NCBI GenBank assembly: GCA_016196115.1
Contig: JACPYI010000002.1
Span: 35,976-99,975 of the forward strand
DNA from: Candidatus Sungiibacteriota bacterium
GTDB taxonomy: Bacteria > Patescibacteriota > Minisyncoccia > Sungbacterales > HO2-52-23
Direction: 5' to 3'
DNA: 64,000 bases
Positions 46,307-55,856 of this stretch are shown one piece after another. The stretch's first letter is position 1, and each line of letters starts with the position of its first letter. The translations under genes were made by a program, and so were the position numbers. The notes below the pieces were generated by a model, which ran no database searches, was not told the origin of the DNA, and worked only from the letters and a program-made list of their open reading frames with translations.

Positions 46307-46765
46307 CTACTCCACTTTCAACCCGAATTGCTCCGGATGCTCCAGAACATTTTTCACGGCGTGAAGAAATATGTCGAAGTCGCCAAGATTATCGCGTAGG
46401 ATGCCGTATAGTTCTTCGGGTTTGATTTCAGCATAAAAATGCGTCAGGCGATTACGATACCCGGCCATACGAGCAAGCGCGGAGTCCGCAAACTTTTTTT
46501 CCACGATTCCCAATTCTCCCAATTTTTTGGCGATATCTTTATACTCTGTCCCTCGTCCGCCGTTTAAGCGCGACAGGATATGCGTTCCGATATGAAAAAC
46601 ACCTTCCAGCGCCTCGCGAAGATGCAGCTTGGCAACGTCAAAATGATAATCCTCCCGCGCAAACTGCTCGAGCGGATAGGCGCTCAATTTTCGCAACAAC
46701 TCCAAGTCGCGCAAAATGCCGTCCATGCGGGGAATCAATGATTGTCGTTTCAGCGGGGGCGTCAT
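46307..46765 (-). CDS. hepT: HepT-like HEPN toxin (DUF86)
   Basis: Rx4HxY motif (RNRLTHFY) near the C-terminus. Overlaps the upstream NTase gene by 4 nt. Confidence 0.8.
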   Translation of the reverse strand: MTPPLKRQSLIPRMDGILRDLELLRKLSAYPLEQFAREDYHFDVAKLHLREALEGVFHIGTHILSRLNGGRGTEYKDIAKKLGELGIVEKKFADSALARMAGYRNRLTHFYAEIKPEELYGILRDNLGDFDIFLHAVKNVLEHPEQFGLKVE

Positions 46766-47184
46766 ATGCGTTGGAGAACTCCTCGATTAAATTCATTGAG
46801 CAATGGCATGAAGTCGCGATAGAGCGCTGCAACGCGTTCTTCAAAATCCAATCGAATGTCCGGGTCTGTTTCAAACAGCACCTGCCCGTGCGTAATTACG
46901 TCAAACCGAAGTTCAAGCGGCACGCGGTCAAGAAAAACAATGTCAATGTCGCGAAAACCGCTCATGTCAAAAACATCCGTGAAGACATCGTACAATGCGT
47001 TATACAATTCCGTCTTGTTTTCGGGCAACGGCAGCGCATTGCGCGAGAATAGAACGCCCACATCTATATCGCTTGCAGACGTTGCCAATCCTTCGGCGTG
47101 GGAACCAAAGAGATACAAAACCGCAACACCCAGTTGGCGCAGCCGGTCTGCTGGAATCGGTTTTTTTTGTATCGGGAAAAGCAT
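46762..47184 (-). CDS. mntA: MntA-like minimal nucleotidyltransferase antitoxin
   Basis: LFGSHAEGLATSASDIDVGVLF is the GS..(n)..DxD NTase-fold motif. Operonic with the HepT gene. Confidence 0.8.
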   Translation of the reverse strand: MLFPIQKKPIPADRLRQLGVAVLYLFGSHAEGLATSASDIDVGVLFSRNALPLPENKTELYNALYDVFTDVFDMSGFRDIDIVFLDRVPLELRFDVITHGQVLFETDPDIRLDFEERVAALYRDFMPLLNEFNRGVLQRI

Positions 47185-47193
47185 ATCTCCATC

Positions 47194-47454
47194 TTACGAC
47201 AGTTCTTTTAACTTCGCAACAAATTTTTCTTTGTCAAACCCGCCGCTTGCCCACAACTCGCCGTTGAGAATGATCCCGGGCGATGCGAGTATCATATGCT
47301 TGCCCGCCATCTCCTGTCCTTCCGGCGTTGTCACTTGTACGTTCCGATACGCCACATTCGGCCAGTCCTTTTCGATGGAGTGCCAGAACTCCTCAAAGAG
47401 TTTGCACACATGGCACCCGGGAGACGAAAGCGTTTCAAGTATAACGGATTTCAT
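47194..47454 (-). CDS. small thioredoxin-fold protein (CxxC, redox-active disulfide protein-like)
   Basis: 86 aa with SPGCHVCK CxxC near the N-terminus. Confidence 0.6.
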   Translation of the reverse strand: MKSVILETLSSPGCHVCKLFEEFWHSIEKDWPNVAYRNVQVTTPEGQEMAGKHMILASPGIILNGELWASGGFDKEKFVAKLKELS

Positions 47455-47517
47455 ATGGTCTTGAGTATACCAGAATGATCTGAAAACGCACGCGAGGTTA
47501 TCAACATGCTTCGTATT

Positions 47518-47557
47518 CCACTAAGCAAAATAGACGGCCGTCTATTTTGCTTAGTGG
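47518..47557. repeat. 40-bp perfect palindrome (20-bp arms, no loop) immediately after xseB stop
   Basis: ccactaagcaaaatagacgg|ccgtctattttgcttagtgg. Confidence 0.6.
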
Positions 47558-47559
47558 AG

Positions 47560-47778
47560 CTACTCGGCGCTTTCTTCCGCGTCCTCTTCAATCTCCTTTT
47601 TCACCTCTTCAAACTCGTTCTCGATCTGTTTGAGCCGTTCCCGGGCGGTCTTGATCAGACGCGCGCCCTCGCGCACTTTTTCAAGCCCGGCTTCCACATC
47701 CACTTCTTTCTGCTTCTCGAACCAGTTCACGATCTCCTCGAGTTTTTTCAGCGACTCATTGATATTTGTTTTGGCCAT
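47560..47778 (-). CDS. xseB: exodeoxyribonuclease VII small subunit
   Basis: 72 aa helical protein SLKKLEEIVNWFEKQ...LEKVREGARLIKTARERL fits the XseB family. Confidence 0.8.
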   Translation of the reverse strand: MAKTNINESLKKLEEIVNWFEKQKEVDVEAGLEKVREGARLIKTARERLKQIENEFEEVKKEIEEDAEESAE

Positions 47779-47789
47779 CCGGTTGTCCT

Positions 47790-47889
47790 GTCATTCCCGC
47801 GTAAGCGGGAATCCAGATCTGACAGTCGCTGGATTCCCGACCCACGCTCCGCCAAAGGCTTCGGCGAGGCGAGTCAAGTCGGGAATGAC
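47790..47889. repeat. double-hairpin repeat family, copy C, in the xseA-xseB spacer (H2 loop carries a 36-nt insertion)
   Basis: gtcattcccgcgtaagcgggaatccag atctgacagtcg ctggattcccga[ccacgctccgccaaaggcttcggcgaggcgagtcaa]gtcgggaatgac. On the coding strand the element end supplies AGGA 7 nt before the xseB ATG. Confidence 0.75.
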
Positions 47890-47903
47890 AAAATACATGC
47901 GTC

Positions 47904-49106
47904 TTAACTTCTTATCTTCTTAACTTCCGTCTCAATCATACCATCTGCGAATGTAAGATCAAGCGCGTCACCGGGATATACGTCACGCGCGCTCCGGATT
48001 ATTTTTCCCCGGACCCGGGCAATACTGTAGCCCAATTTCAATTGCCGCTCCGGATCGTATGCAAGAATTGTTTTTTGATAGCCCGAGATCGTATCGTTCA
48101 CGGCATCCAGACAGGCAGAGAAATATTTCGGAAGTGCCAAAGCAAACTCGAGCGTGTGCCGCTTGCGAAGAAGCGCTTCATGGTACGCGCCGAAAATTTC
48201 CCGTTCCGCAAGCCGCACGCGGCTTAACGCCTGCTCCCATGAACTGTTCAGCACGCGCGTCACCGCTGTCGGCGTTGATACCGCGATGTCCGCCGCAAGC
48301 GCCATGAGCGGCACGTCTTTGTCGTGCCCGATCCCGCAGATCACGGGCTTGGGAAACCGGCTGATCTCGCGCACCAGCATTTCGTTGTTGAATGCAAGCA
48401 GTGATTCCAGCGACCCGCCGCCGCGGATCACCACGAGCACGTCAATGTCTTTGTCGCGAAATGAGCGCACAGCCGCGAGCAGCTCGCCCACCGCGAGCTG
48501 CCCCTCCACGCGCGAATCGATAAACTTGATTTGATACCCGAACTTCCCGATATTGTTTAAAAAATCGTGGATCACGGCCCCGGTTTTTGACGTGATCAGC
48601 CCGATCTCCTCCGGATACTCCGGAATCGCACGCTTGCGCTCCGGCGCAAACATCCCTTCGCGTTCAAGCTTTTGTCTCAATTCATCATACGCCTTTTTCA
48701 AAGCGCCTTCGCCTATCAGCTCAATGCTGTCCGCATGAAAACTTAAACGTCCCGACGGCTTATAAATTTCCGGAAACCCGTGCGCGATGATCTCCATCCC
48801 TTCGCCGATCACTACTCCGCTCATCCGATACTCCCGCTGCCACATAAAACAGTTGATGGCACTTCCGTCATCGTTGTCCTTGAGCGTGAAAAACAAATAA
48901 TTAAGGCGAAAATCACAGCTCGACACCTCCCCCACGATCTTCGCCTCCGACGTCCGCAACCCGATATTCAAGAGATCCAAAAATTGACCCACGGAAAATA
49001 TCTTCTCTTCTGTGCCAGTAGCCACAGTATTCGAAAACAACTCAATTTGTTTCGATTTTTTCACCTTACCGCGCCGTGTTTTTGGTTTTTGCACAGGGCT
49101 TGACAT
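47904..49106 (-). CDS. xseA: exodeoxyribonuclease VII large subunit
   Basis: N-terminal OB-fold and conserved XseA catalytic core (VIRGGGS.EDL..FN). Confidence 0.85.
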   Translation of the reverse strand: MSSPVQKPKTRRGKVKKSKQIELFSNTVATGTEEKIFSVGQFLDLLNIGLRTSEAKIVGEVSSCDFRLNYLFFTLKDNDDGSAINCFMWQREYRMSGVVIGEGMEIIAHGFPEIYKPSGRLSFHADSIELIGEGALKKAYDELRQKLEREGMFAPERKRAIPEYPEEIGLITSKTGAVIHDFLNNIGKFGYQIKFIDSRVEGQLAVGELLAAVRSFRDKDIDVLVVIRGGGSLESLLAFNNEMLVREISRFPKPVICGIGHDKDVPLMALAADIAVSTPTAVTRVLNSSWEQALSRVRLAEREIFGAYHEALLRKRHTLEFALALPKYFSACLDAVNDTISGYQKTILAYDPERQLKLGYSIARVRGKIIRSARDVYPGDALDLTFADGMIETEVKKIRS

Positions 49107-49265
49107 GAAAAATGATCCTTGCTAATATTATACCAATACTTACGAAAAAGACCCCTATGCGGTTCCGTCCGCATCGGGGGCTTTTTCTTTATTTGCAATC
49201 CCCTTATGCAAATTCGCCCCATCTATGTAAGCACAGTTATTTTGTTTTTGAAAATCTTTTTTCAT

Positions 49266-50228
49266 TTATTTCGCACTTTCCAGCCCCTGCAAGATTTTTT
49301 TCATCTGCTCTACGGAATCGAAGTCGTAGATGGAGACGGGGTGGACGGATTTGTTGAGTTTTTTGAGCACGGTGATTTTTTTCTTGAGATCTTTGGGGTC
49401 GACGGCGTCGGTCTTGGTGAGAAATACGTACTCGGGTTTTTGGAGCAGTTTTTTGTGGTGGCCGGCAAGCTCCGCGCGGACGGTTTTGTAGTCGGCGGCC
49501 GGATTTTCGGAATCGGCGGCGATGAAGTGGAATAGGACTTTGGTGCGCTCGATATGGCGGAGAAATTTGATGCCAAGACCCTTGCCGGTCGAGGCGCCTT
49601 CGATCAGGCCCGGAATGTCCGCGAGGATCAGATCATAGAACACGCCGAGGTTTGGTTCAAGCGTGGTGAATCGGTAATTCGCGACTTTGGCTTTGGCGTT
49701 GGTGAGCTCGTTGAGCAAACTGGATTTGCCTACGTTTGGCAGGCCGATGAAGCCCACGTCCGCGATGTATTTTAATTCGAGCCGGAGCGTTGCCTGCTCG
49801 CCGGGCACGCCGTACTCGAATTCTTTGGGCGTGGTATTGGTCGAGGAACGGAACTGAAAATTGCCCCGGCCGCCTTTGCCGCCTTTTACAGCAAGCACGC
49901 GCTCGCCTATCTTCACGAGCTCTTGATCCATTCCATTGGTAAGATCGTGAATCACGGTCCCGACCGGCACGTGGATTACCGGATCTTTTCCGGTGGTCCC
50001 GTCGCTGAATTGCGGCCGGCCGTCCTGCCCGTTTTCGGCATGGAATTCTTTTTTAAAGCGCAATCGATTAAGCGCAGCCAAATCCGACACGGCCTCAATA
50101 TACAAATTGCCGCCGCTTCCCCCGCTTCCCCCGGCCGGCCCCAAGCTCATCAAGTTTTTATTAAACGCGACCGCGCCTTTGCCGCCGGATCCTGCTTTCA
50201 CTTTGATGGTAATGTCGTCGATAAACAT
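49266..50228 (-). CDS. obg: GTPase Obg/CgtA
   Basis: FIDDITIKVKAGSGGKG Obg-fold Gly-rich N-domain and G1-G4 GTPase motifs (GLPNVGKSS, DIPG, TKTD). Start taken at the internal Met. Confidence 0.85.
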   Translation of the reverse strand: MFIDDITIKVKAGSGGKGAVAFNKNLMSLGPAGGSGGSGGNLYIEAVSDLAALNRLRFKKEFHAENGQDGRPQFSDGTTGKDPVIHVPVGTVIHDLTNGMDQELVKIGERVLAVKGGKGGRGNFQFRSSTNTTPKEFEYGVPGEQATLRLELKYIADVGFIGLPNVGKSSLLNELTNAKAKVANYRFTTLEPNLGVFYDLILADIPGLIEGASTGKGLGIKFLRHIERTKVLFHFIAADSENPAADYKTVRAELAGHHKKLLQKPEYVFLTKTDAVDPKDLKKKITVLKKLNKSVHPVSIYDFDSVEQMKKILQGLESAK

Positions 50229-50321
50229 GAAGAAGAATAATGCAAAGCGAACGATATGTTTCTCCGCGACTTTACTTCGTAATCGAAGTATGTAAGCGGA
50301 AAACATATTCATGAGCGATGG

Positions 50322-51635
50322 CTATATTTCAGTCAGTTCTTTTGTCAGATCATAAATATCGCCCGCACCCATGAGGAGAATAATATCGCCGGGATGGGCT
50401 TCGACGCGGATTGCTTTTTTTGCATCGTCAAACGAATCAAAATATGAGACGTCTTTGCTGCGTTTCTCGATCTCGCCGGCAAGCTTGAGCGAATTTACTT
50501 GTTTCTTTGCCGCAGCGGTTTCGCGGCCCGCGACATCATATACTGGCAGAAATGAAATGCGGTCCGCCTGATCAAACGCCGTGACAAAATCATCCCATAA
50601 GAATTGAAGGCGCTGGTGCTGGTGCGGCTGGAATATGCACCAGATGCGACGCAGAGGGAAGCGGTCGCGCGCGGCCTGAATGGTCGCTTTGATTTCGCTC
50701 GGGTGGTGGCCGTAGTCGGCGATCACAAAAGCTCCGTTGATAACGCCGCGCAATTCGAACCTGCGCCACGCGCCGCTGAAACGGGAAAGCCCGCGGAGAA
50801 TATCGTGCTCGAATACGCCGAGGGCTCTCCCGAGCTTGAATGCGGCAAGGGCATTGGAAAGATTGTGCTCGCCCGGAATCTTGAGGATCGGTTTGATCAG
50901 GACCGCTTCCGGGTCGCGCAGCGAGTACCAGCGAACTTTATCGCCGAATTTCCGGCTGACCTTGGCGAGTGTCGGATCATCGGCATTTGCCACGATCACG
51001 CCCTTTGGGGGCACTTTTGCAAGATACTCGGTAAATGTTTCTTCAAGTTCGTGAAGCGTCTTATATGTATCCACATGTTCCCGATCAATATTGGTAACCA
51101 CGGCATGCTCCGGCGAATAGTTGAGAAACGAGCGATTCCACTCGTCCGCTTCGATCACGAGATACGGTCCTCTGCCCCGGCGGAAATTCGATCCGCCAAA
51201 CTCGCGCAGCTTCACGCCGATGATGACCGTGGGATCAAAATATCCCTCTTCAAGCACGAGCGAAACCAGTGCCGTGGTTGTGCTTTTTCCGTGCGATCCA
51301 GAAATCGTAGCGGTCTGGTATGTTCTGGTGAGCTCGCCAAGCGCCTCCGGATAGGTCTGGACAAGTATGCCGCGTGCGTGCGCTTCTTTCACCTCCGCAT
51401 TTTTTTCCGATATGGCCGGACTGGATACCACTGCCGTCGTGTTTTTGGGCACGTTGTTTTTTTTGTGCCGTCCGATCTTGATTTCCACTCCCTGTCGCGC
51501 AAGATCTTCGGTAATTTCCGACGACACCAAATCAGAGCCGCTTACGGTAGCGCCCATAGCCAAATAATATTTTGCAAGCGCGCTCACCCCGATCCCGCCA
51601 ATGCCGACAAAATGAATATTTGGCGAAACAATCAT
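50322..51635 (-). CDS. murC: UDP-N-acetylmuramate--L-alanine ligase
   Basis: IHFVGIGGIGVSALA N-terminus and the ISGSHGKSTTTA P-loop. Confidence 0.85.
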   Translation of the reverse strand: MIVSPNIHFVGIGGIGVSALAKYYLAMGATVSGSDLVSSEITEDLARQGVEIKIGRHKKNNVPKNTTAVVSSPAISEKNAEVKEAHARGILVQTYPEALGELTRTYQTATISGSHGKSTTTALVSLVLEEGYFDPTVIIGVKLREFGGSNFRRGRGPYLVIEADEWNRSFLNYSPEHAVVTNIDREHVDTYKTLHELEETFTEYLAKVPPKGVIVANADDPTLAKVSRKFGDKVRWYSLRDPEAVLIKPILKIPGEHNLSNALAAFKLGRALGVFEHDILRGLSRFSGAWRRFELRGVINGAFVIADYGHHPSEIKATIQAARDRFPLRRIWCIFQPHQHQRLQFLWDDFVTAFDQADRISFLPVYDVAGRETAAAKKQVNSLKLAGEIEKRSKDVSYFDSFDDAKKAIRVEAHPGDIILLMGAGDIYDLTKELTEI

Positions 51636-51643
51636 GTGATGAT

Positions 51644-52660
51644 TTACATTGCCTCCTTCATCCTCTCGCGGATTTTTTTCATGATCTCTTCGCACACTTT
51701 GGGGTTCTCTTTGAGAAAATTCTTGGCGTTATCAAAACCGACGCCGAGTTTCGTGGTATCATAGCTTAAAGTGGCACCGGTTTTTTTGACCAGATCATAG
51801 GTAAGAGCTACGTTAATCACCTCTGCCTCGCGCGAAATACCCTCTCCGTAAAAAATATCAAACTCTGCGACCCGAAACGGAGCCGCCACTTTGTTTTTGA
51901 CGATCTTCACTTTAGTACGGCTGCCGATGATCTCCTCGCCTTTCTTGATCTGCGCGGAGCGGCGGATATCCATACGCACCGATGAGTAAAATTTAAGCGC
52001 TTTGCCGCCCGGCGTGGTTTCCGGATTGCCCCACACCACGCCGATCTGCATGCGGATCTGGTTGATGAAGATCACCACGGTTTTTGATTTTGCCACAATG
52101 GCGGTGAGTTTGCGAAGCGCGTGCGACATGAGCCGCGCTTGCAGTCCCATATGCTGCTGCCCCATATCGCCCTCGATCTCTGCGCGGGGTGTGAGTGCCG
52201 CAACTGAATCAATCACGATCACGTCCATCGCGTGCGAGCGCACGAGCGACTCCACGATCTCCAGTGCTTGCTCACCGGTATCGGGCTGGGAGATGAGCAA
52301 ATCGTTGATCTTCACCCCGATCTTTTTTGCGTATTCCGGATCAAGCGCGTGCTCCGCGTCAACGAACGCCGCGAGTCCGCCCTTTTTTTGCGCCTCGCGG
52401 ACGATATGGAGACAAAGTGTTGTCTTGCCGGACGACTCCGGCCCGAAAATTTCAACAATGCGCCCGGCCGGCACGCCGCCGACTCCCAAAGCCGCATCAA
52501 GCGAAAAAGACCCGGTCGGAATCGAGTCCACATTGACCCGTGGTGCCTCGCCAAGCTTCATGATCGATCCCTCCCCATACTTTTCCTGAATATCTTTCAC
52601 CGCCGCCTCAAGCATCTTGTTTTTGTCGAGCTTGTCGTCTTTTTTTGTTTCTTTGGGCAT
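51644..52660 (-). CDS. recA: recombinase RecA
   Basis: GPESSGKTT Walker A and highly conserved RecA core throughout. Confidence 0.95.
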   Translation of the reverse strand: MPKETKKDDKLDKNKMLEAAVKDIQEKYGEGSIMKLGEAPRVNVDSIPTGSFSLDAALGVGGVPAGRIVEIFGPESSGKTTLCLHIVREAQKKGGLAAFVDAEHALDPEYAKKIGVKINDLLISQPDTGEQALEIVESLVRSHAMDVIVIDSVAALTPRAEIEGDMGQQHMGLQARLMSHALRKLTAIVAKSKTVVIFINQIRMQIGVVWGNPETTPGGKALKFYSSVRMDIRRSAQIKKGEEIIGSRTKVKIVKNKVAAPFRVAEFDIFYGEGISREAEVINVALTYDLVKKTGATLSYDTTKLGVGFDNAKNFLKENPKVCEEIMKKIRERMKEAM

Positions 52661-52678
52661 AAGTTTTGTTAGGAGTAA

Positions 52679-52745
52679 GCAAGTCGGTTGCTTTTTTGCG
52701 ACTTTTAAAGGCAGCTTAACGTAAGCAAAAAAGTGACCGACTTGC
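52679..52745. repeat. long hairpin (21-bp stem with two T.G/G.T wobble positions); inverted copy of the 9521-9588 element core
   Basis: gcaagtcggttgcttttttgc [gacttttaaaggcagcttaacgtaa] gcaaaaaagtgaccgacttgc. The reverse-complemented loop matches the 9542-9566 loop at 21 of 25 positions. Confidence 0.6.
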
Positions 52746-52754
52746 GAAACAGTG

Positions 52755-53459
52755 TTATCTCACTACTCCAGCTCGCGTGATCCGCGTCTCCTTGCCAAAA
52801 CGGCTGCGCGCCAAAAATTGGAGGATGTTTACGCCGGGCTGCATATCTATCTGCACATCAAAATGTCCCGCTCCGTCTATGGTAACTTCGCGGCCGTTCA
52901 CTGTCAATGTACTTTCTTTTTCCGTGGTCCCGGTCACTCGCACCAGCGGACTGTTCACTACAAACATATCGGCAGGTTCCCGCAATACCAGAGCCGGCGC
53001 GCCAGTGAAGTGCATCAGCTGTATGCCAAGAAAGACGAAAAACACAACGAGCGCCGCCCCGCCCAATGCCTGCATCAGCCGCATAGGCGTGAGCAGCCAG
53101 GAATACTTTTGCATGCTCGTCGGGAGCGGCACCGATTCTTCATTTTTTTCAGGGAAATGTGCGCGCCATTCTTCCTGGAACAATTCCATGCACGCGGTCT
53201 GCTGGTCTTCATCAACGACTCCGAGAAATGTCAAACTCCGTTTGAAAAATCCGTGCGCATAAATTTTTGCCGGAAATATATGGTATGCGCCTTCCTCAAG
53301 CGCCACCACATACCGCGGCGCCATTTTTAATTCGCGTGCCATCTCATCCGTGCTGATGTGTTTCGCTTCGCGACGCATGCGCAGATACTCCCCCAGCGCG
53401 ATGTCCTCCGCCGGCTTTTCCGGAAATGTGGCCTTATGCAAATCGTTGACCGATTTCAT
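52755..53459 (-). CDS. RodZ-like protein (XRE-type HTH, TM segment, C-terminal DUF4115-like domain)
   Basis: N-terminal HTH ([38 protein letters not shown]), a central TM segment, and a C-terminal beta-rich domain. Confidence 0.65.
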   Translation of the reverse strand: MKSVNDLHKATFPEKPAEDIALGEYLRMRREAKHISTDEMARELKMAPRYVVALEEGAYHIFPAKIYAHGFFKRSLTFLGVVDEDQQTACMELFQEEWRAHFPEKNEESVPLPTSMQKYSWLLTPMRLMQALGGAALVVFFVFLGIQLMHFTGAPALVLREPADMFVVNSPLVRVTGTTEKESTLTVNGREVTIDGAGHFDVQIDMQPGVNILQFLARSRFGKETRITRAGVVR

Positions 53460-53468
53460 ACGATTCCA

Positions 53469-55550
53469 TCATACTTCATCCCCAAAAATATCTTCGCTCT
53501 GGGGAATGTAATCCGCGGTCTTGATGAGGACTTCGCGGGGCTTGGCGCCCTCGCCGGGGCCGATTACGCCTTCCTGCTCAAGGATGTCAAGCAGGCGCGC
53601 GGCGCGAGCGTATCCTACGCGTAGGCGGCGCTGCAAATACGATGCCGATGCTTTTCCCGAGTCGATCACGAGCGCTTTTGCTTCCGGGTAGAGGACATCG
53701 TCTCCGTCGTCAAACATCTCACCACTTGCCTTCTTGGCATCTTCTTCAGGACTGGTGTCGAGGATGGCCTCTTCATACTCGGGCGCCTCGGATTCCTCGC
53801 GCAGAAAATCAACCACGCATTTTACTTCCTGCTCGGATACAAACCCGCCCTGCAGACGGCGCGGCTTTGCGGTATCACCCGCAAGAAACAGCATGTCGCC
53901 GTTGCCGAGCAGTTTTTCCGCGCCGGCCATGTCAAGAATCGTGCGCGAGTCAACCTGCGACGCCACCTGAAATGCGATGCGCGAGGTGATGTTGGCTTTG
54001 ATGAGTCCGGTGATTACCTCTACCGAGGGCCGCTGGGTAGCCACGATCAGGTGAATGCCGATTGCGCGCGCCATCTGCGCCAGACGGATAACCGAGTGCT
54101 CGATTTCGCGCGGGAAAAGCGCCATGAGATCCGCGAGCTCGTCGATTATGAGCACGATATAGGGCAGAATTTCGCCATCCGGTTCTTTGGACACGGCGGC
54201 GTTGTAGCTCACAATGTCACGGGCGTGGCGCACGGACAACAGTTCATAGCGGCGGTCCATTTCTTTGGTGACCCATCGAAGCGCCTGCACCGTTGTTTTT
54301 GCATCGGTGATAACGGGAGTGAGCAGGTGCGGAATATCGCTGTATACGGAAAGCTCCACGCGTTTGGGATCAACCAAAATAAAACGGAGCAGTTCCGGAG
54401 GGTTGCGGTAGAGCAATGACGTAATGATTGAATGCGCCGCGATTGATTTGCCCGATCCGGTTGCGCCGCTGATGAGCAGATGCGGCATGCGCGCGAGGTC
54501 CCCGTACACCGGCGCGCCGGCAACATCGCGGCCAAGCGCCAGAAACAAGGGTTGCGACGCCTCCTGAAACGCGGCTGTTTCCATGAGCGCGCGAATACCT
54601 ACGAGCGCGATTGAACGGTTCGGAATCTCAATCCCGACAAGCGACTTGCCCGGAATCGGCGCCTCTATACGGATTGGGTGCGCCGCCAATGCCAGTGAAA
54701 GGTCATTGTGAAGCGCGATGATACGCGCAAGCTTTACGCCTTCGGCGGGTCGGAGCGTATATTGCGTGACCGTAGGCCCGATCGATACCTCGCCCATCTC
54801 GACCAAAATGCCGAAATTCTCGAGCGTGCGCTTGATGATATTGGCGTTGGCGCGGATGTCTCCGGACGACGGTTTGCCGTGATCTCCCTGCAGCAGTTCA
54901 AGCGGCGGTTTCGTATACACGAATTTTTTCGCGAATGTGCGAAGCGAGATCAGAGCATCATCCTGCTTGGGAGCGGCCGATGCCTGGCCGGCCGAGCCGC
55001 TGCCGTGGATTGGCTCATCTGTTTTTCTCTCAAGCGCCGCAGATAATTTCTCCTGCATTCCGGCGATCATTGCCTGCACACCATTCATTTCTGTGCCTTC
55101 AGTATCTGTTGCCGCATCGCTCTCTTCCGAGTTTTCATCTTCTTCATCTTGTGATCCCAATTTCCACAAGATGGGCATGTCAAAAATAAGCAAAGACGAG
55201 ATCACCAAAAGTCCTCCCACCAAAATCACGCTTGCCCAAAAATCAAAAAGTTTCAGGAAAAGCGCCCCGAGCATGAGTCCGATAAACCCGCCGGTTCCCG
55301 CTCCGAACACCACATGAAATCCGGTCAGGCACGAGACAAGCAAAAGCATGCCGCCGGCAAGCGTCACGCCGAGCACCTGCTTGGGTCCGGAGAACAGCAG
55401 CGAAAATCCCATGAGCACCAAAATCAGCGGCGCGAAAAAATACCCTTTGCCAAGCAGAAAATCAAACACCCGAAAGATGAGCGATCCCGCCTCCCCTCCC
55501 TGCCCGACATAGCTCAACACGAGAAAGGCCGTAACCAAAAAAAGAAGCAC
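53469..55550 (-). CDS. ftsK: DNA translocase FtsK/SpoIIIE
   Basis: N-terminal TM segments, motor domain with Walker A GATGSGKS, and C-terminal gamma domain. GTG start. Confidence 0.9.
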   Translation of the reverse strand: MLLFLVTAFLVLSYVGQGGEAGSLIFRVFDFLLGKGYFFAPLILVLMGFSLLFSGPKQVLGVTLAGGMLLLVSCLTGFHVVFGAGTGGFIGLMLGALFLKLFDFWASVILVGGLLVISSLLIFDMPILWKLGSQDEEDENSEESDAATDTEGTEMNGVQAMIAGMQEKLSAALERKTDEPIHGSGSAGQASAAPKQDDALISLRTFAKKFVYTKPPLELLQGDHGKPSSGDIRANANIIKRTLENFGILVEMGEVSIGPTVTQYTLRPAEGVKLARIIALHNDLSLALAAHPIRIEAPIPGKSLVGIEIPNRSIALVGIRALMETAAFQEASQPLFLALGRDVAGAPVYGDLARMPHLLISGATGSGKSIAAHSIITSLLYRNPPELLRFILVDPKRVELSVYSDIPHLLTPVITDAKTTVQALRWVTKEMDRRYELLSVRHARDIVSYNAAVSKEPDGEILPYIVLIIDELADLMALFPREIEHSVIRLAQMARAIGIHLIVATQRPSVEVITGLIKANITSRIAFQVASQVDSRTILDMAGAEKLLGNGDMLFLAGDTAKPRRLQGGFVSEQEVKCVVDFLREESEAPEYEEAILDTSPEEDAKKASGEMFDDGDDVLYPEAKALVIDSGKASASYLQRRLRVGYARAARLLDILEQEGVIGPGEGAKPREVLIKTADYIPQSEDIFGDEV

Positions 55551-55856
55551 CGCGAGTACGCTCTTCTTCGTCTCCGGTTTGAGATCGGAATGCCACGCTG
55601 GAGATGCAGGAGATTTTTTCTTTCCGCTCCCCCGACGTACGTCGGGGTTCCCGTTTGCCTTTTTTTTGTTGCCATGGCTTTCAGTATACCAACAAAAAGC
55701 TCATGAGCGCAAATGAATCGAGTTTAAAAACCCAATGGCTGATCTATTGATTCATCTACCTGCTATGCTTCTCGGTATGGCGTACGAAAAACCAAAGAGT
55801 GAGTATAATCACGCCTGCTCCCAAATAAATTAAGATAGATCCATCCATATGTCTTT

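Noticed and set aside
55631-55648. 18-bp perfect palindrome ccccgacgtacgtcgggg followed by a T-run about 15 nt later, upstream of ftsK
   Set aside because: It could be a plus-strand intrinsic terminator or a small RNA end, but no plus-strand gene lies upstream and the T-run is displaced from the stem. Insufficient support.
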